This document shows, one piece after another, positions 57,654-64,000 of a DNA stretch of 64,000 nt. Position 1 is the first letter of the stretch. Each line of letters starts with the position of its first letter. Source of the DNA: Cyanobacteria bacterium auto_48_18 (GTDB taxonomy: Bacteria; Cyanobacteriota; Vampirovibrionia; Obscuribacterales; Obscuribacteraceae); the NCBI GenBank assembly GCA_036170915.1, contig JAVHQC010000033.1, forward strand, positions 224,001 through 288,000. Direction: 5' to 3'. The notes beneath the pieces are model-generated. The model was not told the DNA's origin and did not search any database. It was given only the letters and a program-made list of their open reading frames with translations. A program made the position numbers and the translations under genes.

Positions 57654-57755
57654 TCACTTTTATTGGGCATGTTTTGGTAACTACGTAGTTTCCCCACTGA
57701 CGTTGCTCAAGGTCGCCCTTACTATGTCTTTAACGACTTATATATAAGGTTTCTG

Positions 57756-59456
57756 ATGCCTCTCGACTCGCTTCAACCTGAATCTAAGAACTTCGAAGGG
57801 GTCAAGCCGGTGGGCGCTACCAGCCAGGCTGAGGGCGATTCACTCAGTAACAAGGTGATGCGTGAATTAGACTTGCTCGCTGGAGCCGGATCTGGTTTCG
57901 TGCAGGAAGCCAAACGCGCGGCAGAGAATCCTGGTGAAACTAGCTTGAAAGTAGCTGGTTCAGCTGCTCTTGGTTTTGGGCTGGCGGTGGTCACTCGCAA
58001 ACCAGGCATGATTGGTTTGGCTGCTAAAAGTTTTGGCATCGCTGGTGGAGTGGCATTTGGTGCCGAGGTGCTTACTCACGGTGCTGATGTCAGTCAAGCC
58101 GTTCGTTCCAGCTGGCAATCAGGTGCTCAGCAGGAAGCAAACAAGAAAATCGTAGGCAGTTCTGCCGGCGCATTTCTCTTTGACACCACTTTAATGGGTG
58201 TGGCGGGAAGTGCCGGGGCAATCGGCTCGCGCTCATACTTTGTGCGCCAGGCCAATGCCAAAGTGGATATTCCAGTGATGGCACTTGGTGAAGAAGCTGC
58301 CATCGGTAACAGATTAACCGTGCCCAAACACAGTGATGTGGCCAAGCTTTACTCTGATATGTCAGGCAGAATTGGTCGTGTTGAGTCCATGTCCTTAAAT
58401 TATGACGGTCCATCTGGTAAATTCGGCACCGCATTTTCTATTGGCAAAGATGGCAAGATGGTCACCAATAGTCACGTCGTTAAAGACGCAGTTGAGGTGA
58501 CTGTTTTCGATCGCTTCGGCCAGGGCCACAGAGCTGACGTTGTTAAGGCCAACGATTTTGAAGATCTGGCACTGCTGCAGTTGAAAGATCCAAAAGCTGC
58601 TACTAACTTTGAGGCTGTTCGAATTGGCAGCTCAGATGTAGTCAAGCAAAATGTCGCCGGCGAAGCGCTTTACACAGTTGGTTTTCCTAATGGCTGGCAG
58701 AAACCATTTTTATCTCCCGGCGCGACGATGAAGTTACCTCGAGTTGATCCGCTTAGTCCGCGCGTCGGCATACACTCTGAAACTGGTAATTCTGGTGGTC
58801 CAATTATTGATGCCAAAGGCAATCTGGTTGGTGTGCTCAAGCAAGCTGAGCGATCAAATTCGAATGTTACTTATATGACTCCAGCTGAGCGAGTCACTGC
58901 CCTGATTTCAGACACTAAAGGCATAATTAAGCCACCTGAGCAGATATCACCTGTGGTGACAAAGCAACGTTACGATATTACCGATGGTGAAGCGGCGGCT
59001 AAAAATGTTGAGAAAATTTTTCCTCTAGAAAAGCGAGTTGGTGGCACGGATCAATTTTTCCACTCTAGAATCACGCGCGTTTTAGTGCCCGGCAAAACAA
59101 ACCTTGAAGAACTTATGCTGCGCAGCCAGTATCAACCTCACAACCGCACCATTGTTGTTGAACCTTTTGCGCTTAACGGCAAACCACTGGCCACAGACGT
59201 GGTCTGGCCTGGTACTAAAGTTCCAATCAGTTCGGGCAAGTTGACTTTAAGCCTCGATCGCAATCAAGTGCCTACTTCCATGGAAGCGATTAACGATCCT
59301 AAAATGTTTTTGCGCAGAGCCTTTGATTTCAAAAGCAGCGGAAATTATCTGGCTGGTCTAGAGCCCAGTGCACGTCCTGCTACGGCCGGCTCGCTCATGC
59401 AAAAATCGAAGGACCGCATACTGCAGTGGTTGGAAGGCAGCGTTTACACCCGCTAA
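57756..59456 (+). CDS. trypsin-like (S1C/HtrA-type, no PDZ seen) serine protease with N-terminal Gly/Ala-rich hydrophobic helices
   Basis: Catalytic triad motifs VTNSHVV, EDLALL, GNSGGP. Confidence 0.85.
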   Translation: MPLDSLQPESKNFEGVKPVGATSQAEGDSLSNKVMRELDLLAGAGSGFVQEAKRAAENPGETSLKVAGSAALGFGLAVVTRKPGMIGLAAKSFGIAGGVAFGAEVLTHGADVSQAVRSSWQSGAQQEANKKIVGSSAGAFLFDTTLMGVAGSAGAIGSRSYFVRQANAKVDIPVMALGEEAAIGNRLTVPKHSDVAKLYSDMSGRIGRVESMSLNYDGPSGKFGTAFSIGKDGKMVTNSHVVKDAVEVTVFDRFGQGHRADVVKANDFEDLALLQLKDPKAATNFEAVRIGSSDVVKQNVAGEALYTVGFPNGWQKPFLSPGATMKLPRVDPLSPRVGIHSETGNSGGPIIDAKGNLVGVLKQAERSNSNVTYMTPAERVTALISDTKGIIKPPEQISPVVTKQRYDITDGEAAAKNVEKIFPLEKRVGGTDQFFHSRITRVLVPGKTNLEELMLRSQYQPHNRTIVVEPFALNGKPLATDVVWPGTKVPISSGKLTLSLDRNQVPTSMEAINDPKMFLRRAFDFKSSGNYLAGLEPSARPATAGSLMQKSKDRILQWLEGSVYTR

Positions 59457-59470
59457 TTGTTTTTTGCAAA

Positions 59471-60319
59471 TTATAGCTGAGCGCGCACGATCGTCCAGGC
59501 TCTTTCAAACAAGCGCTCTTGCAGGTCTTCTTGCCTTATCAGCACCAGTGTTTCACTGACCGGATGCGCACTGCCAAACAGCATCTTCTCATCGATGCGC
59601 GCAAGCAGTAACCATTCTTTAGCGTCTGAAAGCAAATGCGAGTAGTGTGGATCGGCAGCGCGAGCACTGTTGTACGAAATGCCGTTGAAGGCAAAAGCGC
59701 AAGTTTCTTGCAATTGCCTGAAGTCTGCCACATTACTGCCGAATAATTGGGCTGGACATTTCGACAGCGAATTGAATGCTTTAATCCAGTTATCCACTTC
59801 TTTTTGCAAATCGAAAGGCATGTTTAAGCTTGATTTGAGTTCGCTTGCGCTATTGCTTATGGTCCAGGTTAAGCCAGCCTCGAAAGCATATGGCTCCAGT
59901 TGAAGATTGTCAGGGTGAGCTGTGCGCACCGCACTTTTGCGATCACTCTCTTTGATGTAGCTGACGGAGAAACCTTTGCGATCTTTACTGTTTAAAGTTG
60001 CTGCTGCAGCTGAGCGAAAAATTGTAATCAATCCGTCTTTTGGCGCTCGTTCGTGCACCTCCGGCACAGCCGCAAGGTCAAACTGTGCCAGAAAGATCAT
60101 GGGCTGATTGTAGCGGTCGTCAGGCCACTGAAAAAACGAGGGAAGTAACGGTTCGCCACCAATTGTGCCCTGGGTAAAATCTTCTGTCTCTTTGGTGCAA
60201 ACAAGCCCCAGAGTTTTTACTCTACTGGCCGAAATATACTGGCGAATTTGATCCGCTTCGTTTTCAGGAAGACGTGATGTAATTTTGACCAGGCTTTCGG
60301 CCAGTTCTTCAACGTTCAT
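59471..60319 (-). CDS. DUF1963 (YwqG-like) domain protein
   Basis: IGGEP.LP...WP, PMIFLAQFDL, WLLLARID, IRQEDL...FERAW. Probable ATG 60319. Confidence 0.75.
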   Translation of the reverse strand: MNVEELAESLVKITSRLPENEADQIRQYISASRVKTLGLVCTKETEDFTQGTIGGEPLLPSFFQWPDDRYNQPMIFLAQFDLAAVPEVHERAPKDGLITIFRSAAAATLNSKDRKGFSVSYIKESDRKSAVRTAHPDNLQLEPYAFEAGLTWTISNSASELKSSLNMPFDLQKEVDNWIKAFNSLSKCPAQLFGSNVADFRQLQETCAFAFNGISYNSARAADPHYSHLLSDAKEWLLLARIDEKMLFGSAHPVSETLVLIRQEDLQERLFERAWTIVRAQL

Positions 60320-60384
60320 CTCAAGACGCCTTCTGCTACCATTGATATCATCATGTCTATTTAAGCAATAACCAAGGGTCCACA

Positions 60385-60903
60385 ATGTTAGATAAACTCA
60401 TTTCTATAACAAATTTCAATGGCGCTGCTTCAGCACTAGCCATCATAATTTTCTTTGCCAGCATCTCGGCCGCACACGCTGTGCCTGCTTCGACTTTAAA
60501 AAATGCTGCCACAAATTCGGCCAAGACCAAAACTATGCCTGCCAAAGTTGAAGCTGCAACTGCGCCAGTCAAGGCCGCAGGCACAGTTGAAGCGCCTAAC
60601 TCAATGACGTGGACAGGCTATCTGGTTGACCGCTCATGCGCTGCTGCCATTCAAGGTGACAAGAAAGATGCCATGAAAAGTGTTAAAGAGCACACAAAAG
60701 CTTGCTCTCTAGAACCTTCTTGTTGTGAAGCGGGCTTTTCAATTTACAGTCAGGGCGCGTGGCTTGATCTTGACAATGGCAGCTCCCAGATGGCCAAGAA
60801 AATAATGCAGGCAACCAAGCGTGATAAAGCTCACGTTGTCAAAGTAGTGGGAATTATCAAACGCGGTGAAGTCAGAGCATCGAGCATCGTTGAAGTAAAT
60901 TAG
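60385..60903 (+). CDS. secreted hypothetical protein with Cys/His motif
   Basis: Signal peptide ending AHA; GYLVDRSC...HTKACSLEPSCCEAGF. Confidence 0.75.
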   Translation: MLDKLISITNFNGAASALAIIIFFASISAAHAVPASTLKNAATNSAKTKTMPAKVEAATAPVKAAGTVEAPNSMTWTGYLVDRSCAAAIQGDKKDAMKSVKEHTKACSLEPSCCEAGFSIYSQGAWLDLDNGSSQMAKKIMQATKRDKAHVVKVVGIIKRGEVRASSIVEVN

Positions 60904-60922
60904 CTTAGCGGCGGCATTTTGA

Positions 60923-62116
60923 TTAGCTGCTTGTTTTTTCACTTTCACCACGGATGGTGACAATACCCTGGCCTGCCGCCCAGGCCGATACATCACCTTT
61001 GTTGATGGCGACAGCCATTAATTCAGGAAATTTATCGGGTGTACATGCAAAAGCGGGTATACCCATTTGACAAAATTGTGCCGCGTGATGGTGATCAAAG
61101 GCCGGCGCGCCCTGATCGTTCAAGGCCAGCAGAGCCACGACTTTTACACCGGCGTTGACCAGGGCGTAAACGCGCTTCAGCATTTCTTGGGCATTGCCGC
61201 CTTCAAAAAGATCGCTGATTAAAATCAAGACCGTATCTGTTGGTCTGCGCACAAGAGTTTGTGCGTAAGCCACCGCCCGGTTAATATCGGTGCCACCACC
61301 CAGTTGCGTGCCAAAAATTACTTCTACAGGGTCGGCCAGTTTTTCGGTTAAATCTACAACTGAGGTATCAAAGACAACCATTTTGGTGGAAAGTGCCGGA
61401 AGCGAGGCCAGGACGGCCGCAAAAATACTTGAGTAAACAACTGAAGTGGCCATAGAACCACTTTGATCTACAAGCAAAATTATGTCTTTCAGGCTTGAGC
61501 GCTTATGACCATAGCCGACTAATCTTTGTGGAATGATCGTTTTTAGATTGGGCTGATAGTGTTTTAAATTGATTTGAATTGTTCTCGACCAGTTAATTTC
61601 ATTGTGTCTGGGGCGGAAATTTTTCATAGATCGATTGACTGCGCCCATAATCGATTGCCTGGTAGGATTGGCCAGCCGAGCCATTAATTGGTCGACCACT
61701 TGCCGTACCACCATGCGCGCTGTCTCTTTCGTTTTGTTGGGCATGGCTGAACCGAGGGCAGCAAGCGTCGCCACTAAGTTGACATCAGGCACCATCGACG
61801 ACAATAGCTCTGGTTCAAGCAGCATGCGTTTAAGATTGAGTTTTTCCAGGGCGTCTTTTTGCATTATGGTGACAACAGACGAGGGGAAATATTTGCGAAT
61901 GTCTCCTAGCCAGCGTGCCACTTTAGGGCTCGAGCTGCCGAGATCGGCGCCTCTTTCTCCGCCGTCATCTTCGCGCGGATTGTAGAGTGCCGACAAAGTC
62001 GCATCAATGGCGGCATCGTCACCGGCTAGGCTGTGTTGCATTCCTTCTTTATCCTGGCTACCGAGCAGCAGTCTCCAGCGTCTCAGCCTTTCTTCCAGTT
62101 CAGCCTGGTCGCTCAT
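60923..62116 (-). CDS. VWA domain CoxE-like protein (YehP-like)
   Basis: RRWRLLLG, MIDAS DQSGSM, LGGGTDI, ISDLFEGG. Confidence 0.92.
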   Translation of the reverse strand: MSDQAELEERLRRWRLLLGSQDKEGMQHSLAGDDAAIDATLSALYNPREDDGGERGADLGSSSPKVARWLGDIRKYFPSSVVTIMQKDALEKLNLKRMLLEPELLSSMVPDVNLVATLAALGSAMPNKTKETARMVVRQVVDQLMARLANPTRQSIMGAVNRSMKNFRPRHNEINWSRTIQINLKHYQPNLKTIIPQRLVGYGHKRSSLKDIILLVDQSGSMATSVVYSSIFAAVLASLPALSTKMVVFDTSVVDLTEKLADPVEVIFGTQLGGGTDINRAVAYAQTLVRRPTDTVLILISDLFEGGNAQEMLKRVYALVNAGVKVVALLALNDQGAPAFDHHHAAQFCQMGIPAFACTPDKFPELMAVAINKGDVSAWAAGQGIVTIRGESEKTSS

Positions 62117-64000
62117 CTAGAATCACCTTTCTTTTTTTCAGCTTCGCTTTCGTTTTCAGCTTCTGGTAGCGGTTCAAGACCAAGTAAAAAGCGCACCATA
62201 TTTAGTGGCGGGCGAATGCGTTCAAGATTGAGGTTGTCCTCTATTTCTTCGGTCAGTAATATTTCACCGGCAACAGGTTGTGTGTCTCTAACGCGCTCGC
62301 CAATCTGGCGACGCTCAGGGCTGGTAAATGTTGAAAATGTGCGCCGCAGAAGAGGCAATAATTCTGAGAAACTTTCCTGGTTAAGGCCCAGTAACCAACT
62401 GTCTAGCAGCTGCCAGAGGCGACTATCATGTATCAGTACCAGTGCGCTACCAGAGAGAAAGCCCTCCAGCCACTTACCTGCATACAGAGGTTCAGAACTT
62501 CGAGAAAGGGCAAACTGCATCATGCGCGCTGCTGCTAGTTCGTCAAGGGCGCGACCTTCGAATAACAGCCTGGTGGCTTTGCCGCTTATGTGGCCATGAA
62601 GGCTGGCGTCTTCAGCCAACTTTGCCAGCACGCTGCGATAAGCCTTTAGATCTTCAGCAGAGTTTAACAAGAGCAAAGCGGCATTTACTTCAGTTATTAA
62701 TGCCTGCAGCGAATCGGCAGCTTCGTCATCTAATGACTGGCTGGCTGCCGGCAAACCAATTAAGACTCGGGTGACTAAACCGTCAATGATTGATTTAACG
62801 GCACCAATGTCGGTGCCTCTGACATTGCCATAGCGCACCACACGCGCCAATGTAGGAATTGCTTTCATCAACTCAATTACATCACCGGCCATAGCTGCTT
62901 CGCTGTTGATGCGAGTCATTACCTGATTGAGGGCATCAGGCAAATCGGCTTCTAAGATTTTCTCAAGTAGATCTACCAGGGTAGCCAGGCTATTTGTTTT
63001 GCTGGCCACATCGGCGGCCCTCGCTGCAGCGGCCTGTTCAATAGTTCGGCCCCAGATGCCGGCTTCTATTAATCTGATGCTTAACTCCGGATACCATTCG
63101 AGGTCCCAGTTCTCATGAAAAGTTCCGCTTTTGCCGCGAATATATTGCTTTTCCGCCCAGTCGATATTAAGAATCAGCAAGCGATTTAAAAGTTCGCTGC
63201 GACTGAGATCAAGCGGTTTGCGCAAGTCAAGTTCGAGAATTTTTGCAATTGGTTCAGGCTTCATGCGCAATTTTGTTTGCAGCTGATTGAGATCTCGCTC
63301 AAGGGGCGTGCCTGGAGTATTTTCTGGTACTTGCCCGAGGCTCTCACCAACAATTAGCTTTTTGCGAATCAAGGCCAGCGGAGTATTATTGCCGTTGCAC
63401 AGCACGGTAATGATCGCCTCATTCAATTCGTCCAGGCCCGGATGCGCAAGCTCGCGCATGGCAGAAACTGCTTCAACCAGACGCAAGGTGTCGATTACTT
63501 GGGCTGATGAAGCATCAAGATCTTCATCGCGCAAAAGTTGCGCCACTTTGACTAGCCAGGTTAAGACAGGATTTTCTCGATGGCTGAAAATGTGTTGATA
63601 CCACCCAGGTGAGTGCACTCCGGCACCATATCCGCTGGCAAATGAGAGGCGGCCGTGGGTCCAGGGTATCCAGGTGGCGTCTACTTTTTGCTTGGGTAAA
63701 CCCTTTAGCAGTGCGCTGTCTTGCTTGGCCGGGGGCATATTCAGCAAGGCCGGCGTATGCCAGGCGCCGCATACTACAGCAATTTTGTTGAAATCTTTAG
63801 CGGCAACACGCATGGTCTGGCGCATGTGCGCTTCGCGTAGCGGTTCCATAATTATGTCTTCGTCAAAAATAATGCGTTCGCTGCCATCATCAGAGACTTC
63901 TAGCTTGGCAGTCTTTGCGCGAGCATCAGGATCTTCTTCTGATGCCAGTTCTAATCGCAATACTTGCATGGCTTCGGCAATGGCGTCGAAAACAGAATTT
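62113..64000 (-). CDS. DUF5682 / YehM-like protein, 5' end outside the window
   Basis: REAHMR, VVCGAWHTPAL, WIPWTHGRLS..SGYGAG..SPGWY. The frame stays open upstream of ATG 63969 to the window edge; stop overlaps the VWA gene start. Confidence 0.88.
   Translation of the reverse strand, partial: NSVFDAIAEAMQVLRLELASEEDPDARAKTAKLEVSDDGSERIIFDEDIIMEPLREAHMRQTMRVAAKDFNKIAVVCGAWHTPALLNMPPAKQDSALLKGLPKQKVDATWIPWTHGRLSFASGYGAGVHSPGWYQHIFSHRENPVLTWLVKVAQLLRDEDLDASSAQVIDTLRLVEAVSAMRELAHPGLDELNEAIITVLCNGNNTPLALIRKKLIVGESLGQVPENTPGTPLERDLNQLQTKLRMKPEPIAKILELDLRKPLDLSRSELLNRLLILNIDWAEKQYIRGKSGTFHENWDLEWYPELSIRLIEAGIWGRTIEQAAAARAADVASKTNSLATLVDLLEKILEADLPDALNQVMTRINSEAAMAGDVIELMKAIPTLARVVRYGNVRGTDIGAVKSIIDGLVTRVLIGLPAASQSLDDEAADSLQALITEVNAALLLLNSAEDLKAYRSVLAKLAEDASLHGHISGKATRLLFEGRALDELAAARMMQFALSRSSEPLYAGKWLEGFLSGSALVLIHDSRLWQLLDSWLLGLNQESFSELLPLLRRTFSTFTSPERRQIGERVRDTQPVAGEILLTEEIEDNLNLERIRPPLNMVRFLLGLEPLPEAENESEAEKKKGDSR

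Noticed and set aside
1..64000. CRISPR arrays, tRNA/rRNA, IS elements, prophage
   Set aside because: I saw no spaced direct repeats, structural RNA signatures, transposase, integrase or phage genes. The longer tandem repeats found are in-frame coding repeats.

Overview
Gene-dense bacterial chromosomal window, roughly 45-50% GC by eye. I saw no rRNA, tRNA, CRISPR array, transposase, integrase or phage genes. The mix of TPR, LRR and MshEN-like repeat proteins and lineage-specific secreted hypotheticals suggests a non-photosynthetic cyanobacterial relative such as Melainabacteria/Obscuribacterales; this is an inference, not a database result. Recognisable genes include an HI0933 flavoprotein (partial), NCS1 permease, PlsC, a HerA-like ATPase, hmgA, proC, a quinone oxidoreductase, lemA plus two DUF2207 genes, a CzcA/CzcB-like RND pair, a Spy/CpxP-like protein, msrA, dnaK and a YehM/YehP-like pair (partial). 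The standout locus is a tightly packed minus-strand cluster at 9516-17980. In order it encodes a Cys-bearing HxlR regulator, DUF2911, an exported LmbE/PIG-L amidase, a 47-aa membrane peptide missing from the ORF track, a sodium:solute symporter, a half-size BshC-like protein, BshB1 and BshA. It looks like bacillithiol-type thiol biosynthesis joined to a putative extracytoplasmic hydrolysis and re-import module. The second highlight is a possible c-di-GMP module: a REC-Hpt-REC-REC-GGDEF cyclase lies next to one of two paralogues that combine an unrecognised N-terminal domain, a prion-like P/Q/Y/G linker and MshEN-like repeats.
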